From the human T2T-CHM13v2.0 reference genome, Homo sapiens, in assembly GCF_009914755.1 (NCBI RefSeq), contig NC_060947.1: a stretch of DNA of 64,000 bases; one strand, written 5' to 3'. Positions 13,926 to 34,514 of the stretch are shown in pieces. The translations under genes were made by a program, and so were the position numbers. Every line of letters begins with the position of its first letter. Within the stretch, counting starts at the first letter, position 1. The notes below the pieces were generated by a model. That model saw nothing but the letters and a program-made list of their open reading frames with translations, did not search any database and had not been told where the DNA came from.

Positions 13926-16429
13926 TTGATGATGTTCCAAAAACCCAAGTAGTCAGTCCCTTATGTACTGTGGTAAACCTGTTTATGTTCACCCCAACTT
14001 ATTTGTATGCTTATCTTTTATAGAGGCATCTTTCTTTCTAGTGGTTTTATGAGAACCAATCTTAATTATTGGGACTAAATTCTGTCAGATATTTCAGTGT
14101 TTCCAGGTGAAAGACACTAAGGTGCCATCATAATGAACACTGTAGCAAAGATTTCTTAACTCTCCTTCCCCCTGGATTTGAACTCTTTAGACCATCAGAC
14201 TAATACATCTGAGATTAAACATCAAGCTGAGATTTCAGAGATAAATGTTTTTGGCTTTCTAGCCAACTTTCTTAGTCCCAGGGTTGCTACATATAATAAG
14301 TCACCCCTCTTTCTCCCTCTCTCTCGGTAATCTTCTCTGTTCATTAGTATGAGTGATAGAAAAGAAAGCCTCTATAAAAATGGCTATAACATCCCTCATT
14401 TTATTGTTGGAGTTTTGTGAAGCTTTCAATTCTTATATTCCTTTTTGTACAGTTTATTGGCCAATTTTGAAGAAGTAGTTATTCTTTGCAGGGAGTTGAC
14501 CATGAGAGCCAAAGTACAGTAAATTCATGAACATTTTTTTGCATAAAGGTGAACTCTTCTTGCTCTGAGCAGTGAAAAGTCTGCGTAAAGGTAAGAAAAT
14601 TCCAAATGTTAATTTTCTCTTATTGGCTGTTGGTTAGATAGTTGGTTTTAGAGAATACTTTTTATTGATTTTAATTATAAAAGTAAAAACATAACAAAAA
14701 ATAGAAAAAAACTGACAAAAAAATTCCCTGGAAGAAACCAAAGGAAGATAATTTAAAAAGAAAGAAAATGAATCAATATATAACATGTCAGCAAAAAGTG
14801 AAGTAGATCCAGGTATTCTATTATTTTATCTTTTTAATACATTTATGTATTTTTCCTTTTAAATTTCTTGGTTTGGTAGGGAGTGGGGTAGGAATGTAAA
14901 AAGCTTCAGACCGGTCCCGCATGAAAATAATCCTATTGTCTTATAAAGGCAGCTTTTTCACAAGTACAGGCAGATTTTCACTAGGATACGAACAGAAAGA
15001 TACTACCCCAGAGAGCTGTAATTTTACTTCTCTGCTTTTAGGGAGCTAAAACCTGAGGAATCTAGGGCTATAAATTGGACTCTAGCCTGATTCTGATTCT
15101 GCTCTAGTGTGAAATAGATCATGATTTGTCTGCTTCTAGGGCCATTTTTTATATTGTTATCTAATTATTGGCAATTTTAAATATAAGATGCCGTATCTTA
15201 TTTAGGCATCTTAACAAACAATAGTCATGGGTTATTACTTTGCATATTATAAGTTTCCATGTTACCAGAAAGGAAACAGGCCCACATTCCCAAACTGTTG
15301 TTTCTGAAATAAACTAAAATAGGAAGGAGTTGAGGTTCCTAAGGCATACATGAATCCAGGGGCATTTAGAAGGAAGTGGTATAAAAACATTCATCGTAAC
15401 CTTACTGAGGAGGGCCTGTAAACACTCAAGGAAACGCCCAAACCATTTTGTTTATAGTGCCTGGCAAAAAGCATTTTCTGCATATGGATACATAGAAGAC
15501 TCTTATTCAAGGAAAGGACGTTTGCTATCTGGGTGGCAAGATTTCTAGACTCAGCCTAGAGTATTTCTATACACTCATTTCTGGACCCTTACTACTTTGT
15601 CCTGTAGCTTTCTAACTGGTCTTAGGTCTCAGGCTTTTCTCTTTCTCAGTTGAAAATGAAGTTAATTGCAACTTTAGTGCTGAAGTCTGAAAAAGGAAGT
15701 TTCTTATTGTCTAGCCTCTTATAGACAATATAAGAGGCTTGTTTCCTCTTGTTTCTAGAGGCTGAGGCCACTTGGACTGTTCCCTGTAGAATGACTATTG
15801 TAGTACTTGTTTATTAATAACTTTATTATTATTGTAAAATGACTGTGGAATCATTGTAAAATCAGTGCTGCTGTAGAACTTACTCAAAGGTGAATATGTT
15901 GGGATTACAGTGGTATTTGTCCATTTCTGTTGTGCACTTTGTAATGGTGAATTGTGGTCTACAATTGTGTTCTAGCTTTAACTCTATTATATCGAAAGAA
16001 ATTGGGGAGAACTGTTCTCGGTTTTGTGCTACAAACATGGAGAAGAAGCAGTTGTTTAGTTAAATTAAGAACTATATACAATAGAATTTTTATTGTTGAA
16101 ATTTTTGCCAAATAAATGTACTTTTTTTCGTATAAAAGGATGACCAACTGTGTTTGTGATTCCACCAGGCTTTAACCACTTTGAAGTTGTAGCTTCTTTA
16201 TGCATGTTTTTTTCTATAAGAGTGAAATTTAGGAAGCTATAATCTACTTCACTTTGTGGAGAGAAAAGGGGATAATTTTCTAAAGAAACTAAGTTTGGAA
16301 AACATAACCACCAATTCCATGTTATTTGAGTTTGAGAACTATGTAAAACCTGATAAAGAGTTTCTGAAACAATGGTCTTATGGAAGTGAAAAGGTGAAGA
16401 TAGCATTGAGAATATCTTGGTTAGGATTT

Positions 16430-16940
16430 TTTCTTTTTCCTTTTTTTTTTTTCTCCCAAAGTATTGGGAGTCATTTATATTTCCAGAAGTGTACAAGAAT
16501 TTCTATTCCTCTACACTTTTACCAATACATAATATCAATTTTCAATTTTTCTCAAGCCAATAGGTATAAAACAGCCTAGCATTATTCATTTGCCTTTGTC
16601 TGATTAATAGCAAAATTGAACACCTTTACATATTTTTCTTTTGCCACTCATTTTTTCCTCTTCTGTTGAAATCAATTGCTTAATTTTTCCTTTCTGCTTT
16701 GCCTTACTTATCCAGTGGCAGTTCTTCATAAATTCTATTACAATTATTTTGCTATATGAATTGCTAAATTCTTCCAATTTGTGCATGTCTTTTTAGTTTA
16801 TTGATGGTGTCTTTTGTCATACAAAATTTCAAATGTTATTATATGCAAATTTGTTAGTTTTCCTTTATGAGTTGTGCTCTTTGTGCCTTATTTAAGAAAT
16901 CTGTCATTGCCTAGGTATAATGAAGATATTTTCCTGTGTT
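16430..16940 (-). mobile_element. Old L1M antisense fragment
   Basis: Degenerate motifs (catttatatttccagaagtgtacaaga; atttgcctttgtctgattaatag; tttaagaaatctgtcattgcc). Confidence 0.5.
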
Positions 16941-16954
16941 TTCTTCTGTAAGTT

Positions 16955-17250
16955 TCTTTTTAAATTTTGCTTTAAGTTCTTGGACACATGTGCAGAATAT
17001 GCAGGTTTGTTATATAGGTATACATTGCAGAATGTGCAGGTTTGTTACACAGGTATACATGTGCCATGGTGGTTTGCTGCACCCATCAACCCATCATCTA
17101 GGTTTTAAGCCCCACGTGCATTAGATATTGGTCTTGTCCCCGACCCCCTGACAGTCCCCAGTGTGTGATGTTCCCCTGCATGTGTCCCTGTGTTGTCATT
17201 GTTCAACTCCCACTTATGAGTGAAAACATGCGGTGTTTGGTTTTTTTCTT
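16955..17250 (-). mobile_element. 5'-truncated L1PA 3' end (mid-age primate L1)
   Basis: tttaagttc..tgcaggtttgttac..gtgccatggtggtttgctgcacccatcaacc..cccacttatgagtgaaaacatgcggtgtttgg. Confidence 0.88.
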
Positions 17251-17316
17251 TAAGAAAGATACATTTTTATTAATCTATTTGGAATGACGGAAATATACAG
17301 TCAAAAGATGTAGGAT

Positions 17317-18214
17317 TGTGTCCGGAATTGGTGGGTTCTTGGTCTCACTGACCTCAAGAATGAAGCCGTGGACCCTCGTGGTGAGTGTTACAGCTCTTAA
17401 GGTGGCGCGTCTGGAGTTTGTTCCTCCTGATGTTCGGATGTGTTCGGAATTTCTTCCTTCTGGTGGGTTCGTGGTCTCGCCGCCTCAGGAGTGAAACTGC
17501 AGACCTTTGCGGTGTTACGGCTCATAAAGGCAGGAGAACCTTTATGTCTAGCTCAGGGATTGTAAATACACCAATCAGCACCCTGTGTCTAGCTCAGGGT
17601 TTGTGAATGCACCAATCGACACTGTATCTAGCTACTCTGGTGGGGACTTGGAGCACCTTTGTGTGGACACTCGGTATCTAGCTGATCTGGTGGGGATGTG
17701 GAGAACCTTTGCGTCTAGCTCTGGGATTGTAAACGCACCAATTAGCGCCCTGTCAAAACAGACCACTCAGCTCTACCAATCAGCAGGAGGTGGGTGGGGC
17801 CAGATAAGAGAATAAAAGCAGGCTGGCGGAGCCAGCAGTGGCAACCTGCTCGGGTCCCCTTCCACACTGTGGAAGCTTTGTTCTTTCGCTCTTTGCAATA
17901 AATCCTGCTGCCCGGGGTGGGCAGGGCCGGCCGGCTGCTCCGAGTGCGGGGCCTGCCAAGCCCACGCCCACCCGGAACTCCAGCTGGCCCGCAAGCTCCG
18001 TGCGCAGCCCCGGTTCCCGCTCGCACCTCTCCCTCCACATCTCCCTGCAAGCTGAGGGAGCCGGCTCCGGCCTTGGCCAGCCCAGAAAGGGTCTCCCACA
18101 GTGCAGTGGCAGGCTGAAGGGCTCCTCAAGTGCTGCCAAAGTGGGAGCCCAGGCAGAGGAGGCGCTGAGAGTGAGCGAGGGCCGTGAGGACTGCCAGCAC
18201 GCTGTCACCTCTCA
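17317..18214 (-). mobile_element. LTR12 (ERV9) solo LTR with an internal inversion and deletion
   Basis: Termini tgtgtccggaattggtggg and gctgtcacctctca; 4-bp TSD GGAT. Segment ~17534-17911 reads in the opposite orientation. Confidence 0.92.
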
Positions 18215-21200
18215 GGATGAATAGGAAGTCCATAGGGTGGCTCTAATAAGGAATAAGGCATAACTGGTTATGAATAAAGTTGTTCTTTTCAGTGATCCCT
18301 CCACCCAGCCCCTCACTCTGTCTCTCTTGATTGATGTGAAAGTGAGATTCATCAGTGTGTACTTCAAGAATTTCATATTAAAGATATTCTTAGAATGGGA
18401 TTTCATTTCAATGATTCTTAATCCTCTGGCATAAGAGCACATTTATAAACAATGTAGTCATAAGGGATATTTTCACTCGTGTTCTTTCATATATCTCAAA
18501 CTATACTAGATATATAATACCAGGGATTTTACTTTAGCTTATTTATTAGAACAAGAATGCCTTTTACATGTATTATAACATGCTTTAATGTATACAGTGT
18601 ATCTCAATGAAGGGAAAACATTGGAGTGGAATTTTCCTGGATATTTTATTAAATGAACACTAAGGCAAATAATATATTTAATCTATCTATAGTCTCCTCA
18701 GCTAGCAGGGGCATACTTTGTGTGCCATGATTTAGTCACTTCAGTAAGTTTACATTCGGTCACTGAAAACATTAGTTTTCGATTTTCAAATAATCTCAAC
18801 TCTTACATTTGACCAAATTTAGTTCTATTTCTATTTCACCTAATATATTTCAAGGACCTAGGCACTTGTATTATAATTATTTTTTTTAAGAAATGGCACT
18901 TTGTGTATATGTGTTTACTGTTAAAAATCTGCCATTTACCTTTTGGCTTTTTTAGTTCATCGTGGTAAAGTGAGGACAGTAAGAGTAAGATAATGTGGAT
19001 TTACTAGAAAGATGTCATATCTTTTGCAACAGGTAGAAGGTAACTGAAAGTAGATCAAAGAATGTGGTTTGTCACATGAGAACGCATACAATTATAATTG
19101 ATTATTTAAGGAGTTATGGATGGTTACTTTGTGTTTTTAGAACCTCATGATATAGAATAGACTGAAACGTAATTCAAAAGGACTTCAAAAAATTATAGAT
19201 AACTAAGCCAAGATCAATTTTAAAGGAAAAGTAAAATTCACTGGCCGAAACCATTAAGGAAGAAATCTATGAGGTCAAACAGGGTCTTTCCTGATATAGT
19301 TTTGCTGTCATTTGTACAGGCCGAATAACAGGTTGGATAGTCCAAAAGTCTAATCTGGAATGGTACTTAATGCTTTCTATAAGATGCAAATTGGAAATGT
19401 GATAAATATGATTTAGAACATAACTGTATTTAAACCTATTTTGAGCTCATTTTCACTTTCAATAATGTTTTAACCTTATTTTAGCAATTTTCGTTACTTC
19501 AATGATACTAGCAGTATTTGGACTTTTAAGTTTGCATTTCTTTATATAAAACAGACAATAACAATGGGTGACCAGCATTTTTCTACTAGATATTCTATAT
19601 GTTGCAACCTGTAATTCCTTGTTATACCAATGTATAGTAAATGATTGCTTTTTATAGGATAATTATTCATGTTATAGAGCAGGGAGTTCTCAAATATTAA
19701 AATCCTGAACAGAGATTAATTTCTTGGCTTATTATATAATATAATGAAAAATGTTATAATTTATAATTTATTTTTACTTTTACTATCTTTTCAGAAATGC
19801 TATTTTTTTCCTTATTATCCTAAAGACAGCCTAAAGTATCTTAAAGTTCTTTCTTTAGCTTTTGAGGATATAATTTAGAAAAAGTTTAATAAGAAAGTAT
19901 TGAAATCAATGATAATTTTGTAAAAGGTATAAAAAGGGGCTCTTTTTGCATGCTACTGTAAATTTAATATAAAGCACTTATATGAACATTAATTTTTACC
20001 TCTACATCATAATATAAACTTTTACTGTTTTACTCTTAATTAAAGATATCCTCAGTTTTCTGATTTTTCCCCAGATAATCATTAAGTTTTATACAATACG
20101 CTTATGAAAACTTTAAAGAATTAAGAATCTAAAATTATGGTAACAAGCAAAATGTTGTATTGAATTAGAATAACATGCACGACTATGAAGTAATTAAACT
20201 TTTAATAGAAATATGTGAGGTAATGTTAGAAATTATTTTACATCCTCCTTTTTGCCAACCATGTTAAGTAGTCTACTAAACAAAAGAGCAGTAATGGGTT
20301 TGAATCTTAACAGGAGTGTGTGTGCATGCATGCCTGTGTATGTGCTTGTGTGTGTGTATTAGAGACAGAAAATCCAATCATCCAACAAGAAAAGCTTTAC
20401 TTCCAAGTCAATGTAGTGTGTTAGCAGAATCTTCACTATGAAAGGAGAATCACAGTTGATAAGGTGACCATGATATTTTTACACACTATGGGTATTTCAT
20501 AAAGATCTCAGAGAATAATTTGATCTTTAATAAACAAAATAATAATTCAAGAGACTCTAAAAGCAGCTGTTATGAACGTGCATGAATATTACAATATAAT
20601 ACCAAAGTTATTTTTCCCGAATAAGTATTTTATGATTTTGAAAGTACCTGAAAAAATCAGGATTTTATTTGGTCAGGTGACCAACTTCCAGGATAAAAGA
20701 AACTAAGGAAGCTAACTTAAGGTGTTAATTATAACATAGAATAATTATGAAGACATTCAATAAACCACTATATAAGATAATTATGGAAAATTGTATAGCT
20801 TTCCAAGAAAATTCCTATAAATTTTAATTGTTTATAAATAAATGCCTATGATAAGTCTTGCCTATACTTCTGACTTAATTATAATAATCTCTAGAGTCAG
20901 ATATGATTCATCTTTCCCTGACATTCCAACATTTTTGTAAGTGGAATTCATGATTGTGCAGCTAATAAAATAGACAGTTTATAAAACTTAGCTGCTTTCA
21001 ATTAAGAAAGCTAAGACTCTTCCCCCCACAGTCCATCAAAGATAATACTATTTCACTTTTTTCTTAGTTATTTGAGATGGCAATCAAAAATGATATTTTT
21101 GGCATGAAATGAACATATCATGATCCTTCAGTTATAATAACAGATTCATTGTTAGAGTTAGCTTTTGTGAAATCTACCCTGTGTGTTTGAATGTGGAACA

Positions 21201-22615
21201 TCTGCAACATTGAATATATCACCTCTCACAGCAGTTCCTCAGACAGGAAATTATATCCCTCAGTGGGATGGTACAAAGGTAATTCTGTTGCCGTATATTG
21301 TGCCAAAGAGCTCCTTCTGTGACAGGTTAGATTATCAGTGATATGTGTCTGTCATGCCCATTTTCTTCTTTGTCTGAAGGAATCTCATACCGACAAAGTT
21401 TGTGGTATTCCAAGATAAAGCTTTGCCAAAGCTAGAAATTCCAACATACATAAATACTATTTCAAGTTAGAGGAGGGTCCCATTGCAATCCTTAGAAAAA
21501 CCCAGATTTTACACGTGTACCCTAATCATTATAGCCAGCTTATGCTGGGATTTAGAATGAAACATATTTTTAAGCCTAAATTCTCAAAAGAAAGAAACAT
21601 TTTTAAAGTATATTAGGCAACAGATGTATTGGGAATTTATTCTTTTTTACTTGCATTTTAAAACTCTCTATATATTTTAAATTATACTTATTTTGCTGTG
21701 AACTAATTGTTGGAGAACAGTAATAACCAAATAACGTTTTCATTGACATCAACCACTGGAGATGTGCTTAAAAATAATAATGCCACTGAAGCATACGACA
21801 GAAGCCCTTTTCATGCCTTATTGCTTTAGTTGGTTAAATTAACGAATGTAATAATAGAAACTTCCATATATTCTGGAGGAAGCCAACATATCAAACATTC
21901 ATCATAGGAATGAGAAGTAGTGAGAAAGGGCATCTCTAAATGCATCCAAATGAATAAAAAACATTTTTGAATGGCAATTTCAGTTCACAAAAATTAGTTT
22001 CTGAACCCTGCCAAGCAACTAAGTTCTAGACCTAACTGTCTCCTTGCCAACTGTAGTAACCCAAAGTTTCACAAGGTCTTCAGAGAAATTATTGACCTGA
22101 ATTCTTAAGAGTACGAGAAATGAATAGGATTTAACTTATAACTTTTGGGGTATTTTAAAATGACATTGTTTCTGCCTAATAACTAACCACTTGCATATTA
22201 TTAATATACCAGCACCATCAGCATGGTATTTTTATGTTGCTGAAGGATTTTCCAACCTTGGTACTAGCTAAACTGAACAATACTACTGTTCAATGTAACA
22301 ATTATTTCTAATTATGTAATAAACAATAACAACAAAAAACTTGGACATAATGTTTCTCCCTTATGTCACTAATCCAAAAATGAAAATAAATAAATAGAGA
22401 GCATAGGGATCTTGTTATAGTTATTGTAACATAGTCTTTTTATTGTATATATCAAAACAAGATGTTATAATAAAACTGTGTTTCTGATATCGGATCATTG
22501 AAAATTTTGACATGTATGAACTTCTCCAATCAAAAAGCAATTTTAATATATACCCAGTTGAATAATATAATCAATTCAATCTAATGCAATTTGTATATAT
22601 TTATTGTATACTCCA

Positions 22616-29320
<6,705 letters not shown>

Positions 29321-29340
29321 TGTTTACTCCATTGTTAAAT

Positions 29341-29552
29341 CAAGAATGGCCAAACCCCATGTCTACAAAAAAAAAAAAAAAAAATCAGCCAGGTGTCATG
29401 GCACATGCCTATAGTCCCAGCTACTCAGGAGGCTGAGGTGAGAGGATAGCTTGAGCCTGGGAGGTTGAGGCTACAGTGAACAACATTGCACCACTGCACT
29501 CCAGGCTGGGTGACAGTGCAAGAGCAAGACTCTGTCTCAAAAAAAGAAAAAA
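29341..29552 (+). mobile_element. 5'-truncated AluJ
   Basis: Left-arm end, A-linker and a right arm with J-type gaggatagcttgagcc. Confidence 0.8.
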
Positions 29553-29892
29553 GACTAATGAATCCATTGTAGACTATTTTAATGCAACTATTAATACTTA
29601 ATTAAAAATGAAAATGTATAAAAAAAAGTAAAACTAAACAAGACCCTGGAAAAAAAGACATAAATCAGAAATATTACATACAAACCTGAGTGTGTGATCT
29701 TCCTAGCTTGTAGACAATACACTACATGATTTTGGGAGCAAAAACATTAATAGTTATCTCACTCTTTGAAGCCAAGGAATACCTACTATTAAATTATTTG
29801 AACAGCCACACACACATGTGTCTGGAAACTGATATTGACTTCAAAGGTGGAATTTAACAGTCTTCATAGGGACCTCGTCAATTCTTTCACAT

Positions 29893-30310
29893 AAAACCAA
29901 GTTATTTATTTCCAAGATACAATGGTGGTACAAGCATTGAGTAAACTTTCCCATTCCAAAAGGGATAAATCATCCAAATGAAAAGGACAACAAGCCCCAT
30001 GCAAGTCTGAAACCCCTGCAGGGCAGTCATTAAATCTTAAAGCTCCAGAATAATCCTTGACTCCATGGCCGCATCCAGGGCACACTAGTGCAAGGGGTGG
30101 GCTCCCTAGGCCTTGGGTAGCTCTGCCTCTGCGGCTTTGCAGGGTGACCCTATAGCTGCTTTCATGAATTGGAGTTAAATGTCTGTGTCCCTTCCAGGCT
30201 GGGATTGCAAACTGCCAGTGGTTCTGCCAGATTCTTGGGTCTAGAGGGTGATGTCCCCATTCCCACAGCTCCACTAGGCAGTGCCCCAGTGGGGACTCTG
30301 TGCAGGGGCG
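29893..30310 (-). mobile_element. MaLR (MST/THE1-type) internal fragment
   Basis: Similar to the MaLR internal sequence at 41630-41810 (ttccaagatacaatgg; ccccatgcaagt; gggcagtcattaaat). Confidence 0.75.
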
Positions 30311-32974
30311 CTCTGGTCATTCGGGGTGCCTCTTCCAAGTTATTATGACAAAAAAGAAAGTGTGTTTTTAAATTAAAGTTTTTGCCATCTGCACTATTTC
30401 TCCAATGCACAGCTTTATGACCAGAGCATTCCCTCAGGGCAAAGTCATGAGAGAAAAAGGACCAAACAACAACCAAAAACCAAAACAAGCAATCTTTGCC
30501 ATCCATAATATTCTAGCTTGCTTTCTTTTTCTGTGTTTTTCAATACAGAAATGAAGTGCATTTTACTTTTTTTGTTTGATTTACAAGACTAGAAAGGAAT
30601 ATATAACTGCTATTTAAGAGTCTGGGCTCTGAAATTAGGCTATCTGGATTTTAAATTTCAAAAACTATATTGTGGCACTTACCAATGTCTCACAATAAAT
30701 GAGTCATTATTTTTCTGTCTGTGTAAACATCTAAAGAAGGTGTTTCTTTTTCTAACAGTAGAAACCCAGTGACTTCATTTCAGTCTTTGGTATTTACTTT
30801 TTGTAATTTGTCCAGGATTTATAATTATAAACAGCAAAAAAGATAGGCTATAGTGGGCTTATTCTGCTATAGCATAATTGGAATTTATTAATTTTTATAA
30901 ATTTTACTTACCTCCCTTTATGCTAATCACCCCATGTAAAGCCCAGAGAATACTAGAGTTGAGTTTGGTAGAATTAGCCTTTCTTCAGTCAACACATATG
31001 TTCAAAGGAATTACATCAAAGATAACCAAACAGAGTCCTTGCCTTCAAAGTTTTAATTCAAATTGCATTTATCTCAATGGGATAAACTGTGTGGGAAAAT
31101 ACAGCGTCTTGAATTAAAAAAAAAAAAAACACGGAGAATACAGTTGAGGGCTAGATGTTTACTATTTTTCATCACTTAACTTTGAGTGGCAATAGAGCAT
31201 TTCAGTAATTGTACCTCTATCCCTACAAGGAACCCGTCCCTGAAATGATTATCCCTATGGAAACAAGAAATAGCAATAAGATTTAACCATATTGCTGGGA
31301 GTTATCAGATCATCCATTAAATCAGAGGAGACCAAGAGGGATAGAAGCAGTTATATAGTTACATTTTGTGAAAACTATGTCCAACTTTCTAGTTCTGTAA
31401 ACACATACTCTGCAAACTTTGTTGAAGCAGCATCCCATGCATTTTTGAGAAAGTGCTACCAATAAAAGCATCCAGATTTATCCCTAAATTTTACACAGGC
31501 ATATTTATATCCTATACACATTATGAAGTGAACACAAGTAAAAATTATAGTTAGATAAATGGCAAGCACAAGCCGTTCCAAAATTTTCCCACACCCCAGT
31601 GCACTTTTTGGGGTATCCCATGGTGTTCACACATCTGAATTTTGAAATAATTACTATAAATGTAATATATTCTATGAAAAGAGAAAACTATATCAACAAA
31701 AATTTCTGTAAACCATACACGGTTTAATGAAAGATGATGATGATGATGGCGTGCGTGTCTATGAGTGTGTTTCTAGTTTTATTAAACCAATGAATGCAAT
31801 TTTATTTCTTACATAAATTCTTAGCCATTGTAGGTTATAAAATATATATTTCATTAAAGCATAGAAAGTCGGTTCTTGCTATTTATCTGTCTCACTCTGT
31901 CCTGACAAATATCTCCCTGGACTGGTTCCTTAAAGTTGAAGTCCTACTGAATATTTTTTTTTTTAAAGTATAAAAATTTTTTTGAGCTCAAAGGCTTCAG
32001 GAAAGTTTTCAACAAACTAGCATCAGAAAACATCTTACTCAACATCAGAAAAAAATTTATATTCTAACTCTGACTGTTCTTGAGCTTACTAGACAGTTCA
32101 TTGTTTTTGACATTATTTGACATCTGTTTCAATATTTAGATGAAAGTAGAAAAGTACTTTTAGAATACCATCCCTGAGAAGGCAACTGGACGTATTTTAT
32201 GCAAGTATTTCTAAAATACACAGAGATAATATTTTGAATTAAGCCTTCAAATGTAAGATGATTTAATTCAATTTCTGTTTATTTTCGAATTCTCAGAGGA
32301 AAAAAATGCCTTTAAAAATAATTTTTTGTAACGTATGTTTTTTTTGTCCTTAATATATGCTTTAAAATATACAGATTCCCTTGGATTTCTAAAATTTAAT
32401 TCTGTTAATATTTCAGTTTTAAAACACAAAGAGGTAAACAAATGAATGCTTGCCTAACCAGAATTTAAATATTTTTGGAATCTGTTCACTTATTAAATAT
32501 CTCATTGAGTTTTGCTATAAAAAATAAACAGCTTAATTTTTTATCATTCGAATATCATGATTTTTACAAGATTATTCTCTTGCTGGAGAATAACATTCCT
32601 TTGCGATGTGCTTTTCAGATAGATGGTATCATTATTATGTAGGGGTTAAGTGAAGATATTAAGGGTGGAAACAATTCCGCCAATGGATGTACATGTCTTA
32701 GAAGACTTCTTGCTCATTATAGCTTTGATTATAATACTGAGCTTAACACACAAACACATACACACACATAGCCTCTATCTCAAACCCTTGTTTTAAGTCA
32801 TTTTCATGTAATTCCCTTTGTTCTTTGCACATATAAGGAAATATATTTAAAAGCCAAGTATTGAACACCTTGTCTTCTGACCCCACCATCTGACAAACCC
32901 TAATGTTTAAAAGCTGAAACATTTAATCAGTTATCATTTATGACACCACTACATCTTTGTTCCCTAATGTTCTT

Positions 32975-33133
32975 TATATATATGTGTGTGCGTGTATATA
33001 TCTATATGTGTATATATATGTGTGTATATATGTGTATTTGTGTATATATGTGTATATATATGTGTGTATATATGTGTATATATGTGTGTGTATATATATG
33101 TGTATATATATGTGTGTATATATATGTATATAT
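32975..33133. repeat. Compound (TA)n/(TG)n microsatellite
   Basis: Repeated TATATATGTG-type units; source of several spurious ORFs. Confidence 0.95.
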
Positions 33134-33775
33134 TGCTATTAGTAAAAAGAGAATATGAGAATGAAGTTAGGAAAATACTTTTGCCTAATATAAAAGCTTG
33201 GATAAACTGATGTCCTGGAGTAACATTCTGAAGTTCCATAAGATGATCTGGGATATTTATTGGAGTACAAAATTTCACAATCATATGGTTTTTTCTTGGT
33301 TGCTGGAAGCTTAGTTTATTATTAATTTTTTGTAATAAAAAAGATTAATTCTGTAGACATTTTCCTGGGAAGACAATCTAGTTTCCAGTATGTGTCACTG
33401 AAATAATAATTTAGGTTCAGTTATACAGCAGAAGATTTTGTGGAGAAGAAAAATTTTTAAGTAAAGCAGCATAAAGAACAATTAATTTTATGATATCAAA
33501 TGATTAAAAAATATTTCTTGATGATCACTTATTGATATACAATAATGGCTCTCCTCAAACTTAATTATTCTCACAAAGTATCCATGGAATAACATTTAAT
33601 AAGGATAGTATCTTGCTCTTCTGACAGTTTCTTACACTTTCATGTGTTTGAGGGAAGCTCTAATTGTAAGTTTGAAGAAACTATCTTGGGATACATTTCT
33701 GCTTTATGATTTGCTACTACTGATATTTTTATATAAATGTGTGTGTGTATCTATCTATCTATATATCTATATATA

Positions 33776-34514
33776 TAATACGGGAGGGGGCCAAGAAATT
33801 GTTGGGTAGAGAGGGTGGAGTCCCTGGCCACCCTTGGGCCTGTACCCATGGACCTAAGTGAGAACAGGCACTCCTGTTTTCATGCTTGAATGTTGCATTT
33901 TTCAAGACCACTCTGGCCTGCCACAATCCCCATCCTGTGCCCATATAAACCCGAGACTATAGGGGGCACACAACACAAGTGGCTGAATGTCAAGAGGAGC
34001 AGAGGAACAGAGCGGCAGAGAGTGGAAGAGAGCAGTAGACAGCAGCAGGGTGTCACAGAAAAGAAGGAAGGAAGAAGCGTCTGAACATCGAGAGTTCAGC
34101 AGAGAACTCCCCGACCCCTCCACCTTCCAGCTCCCCATCCATCTTGCTGAGCTCCACCTCCAACATTCAATAAAACCTTGCACTCATCCTTTGAGCCCAC
34201 GTGTGATTGGATCCTTCTGGGACACGGGGCAAGCGCTCAGGATACAGAAGGCTGTCACATTGGCCCTCTGCCCTTGCGATAAGGCAGAGGGTCCATTGAG
34301 CTTATTTACCATCAAGCAATCTGCAGATGGCAAAACTGAAAGACCTTTGTAGCACTGGGGTTGCAGGTACCCACCCCTAGACACTGGCCCCAGCCTCTGC
34401 ACCTGCCCGACTGCATGCTCCCCTCAGGGGTTTGAGCTGCAGGGCAACCGAACAGGTGAGCCACACCCCTGTCACATGTCCTGTGAGGGGAAATCAGGGA
34501 ATTCTCCCATTATA
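33776..34514 (+). mobile_element. ERV1-class solo LTR, LTR1-family-like
   Basis: GC-rich block in AT-rich DNA with TATA-like catataaa, AATAAA at ~34169 and terminus ..atcagggaattctccc; resembles recalled LTR1D. Confidence 0.7.

Noticed and set aside
13148-13948. Overlapping ORFs 13330-13758 (+), 13538-13948 (-) and 13148-13360 (-) as separate genes
   Set aside because: These are shadows of a GC-rich CDS with no independent support.
18215-22600. Long AT-rich stretch without recognisable repeats as a hidden exon or ncRNA
   Set aside because: No ORF, splice pattern or structure could be supported from sequence alone.
30600-31650. Possible MIR and hAT-type remnants (similar MIR/L2 traces near 4700, 37700, 48200 and 49560)
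   Set aside because: Too degenerate to name or bound without a profile search.
32940-33284. ORFs rich in Y/I/C/V/H/T
   Set aside because: They are translations of a dinucleotide microsatellite.
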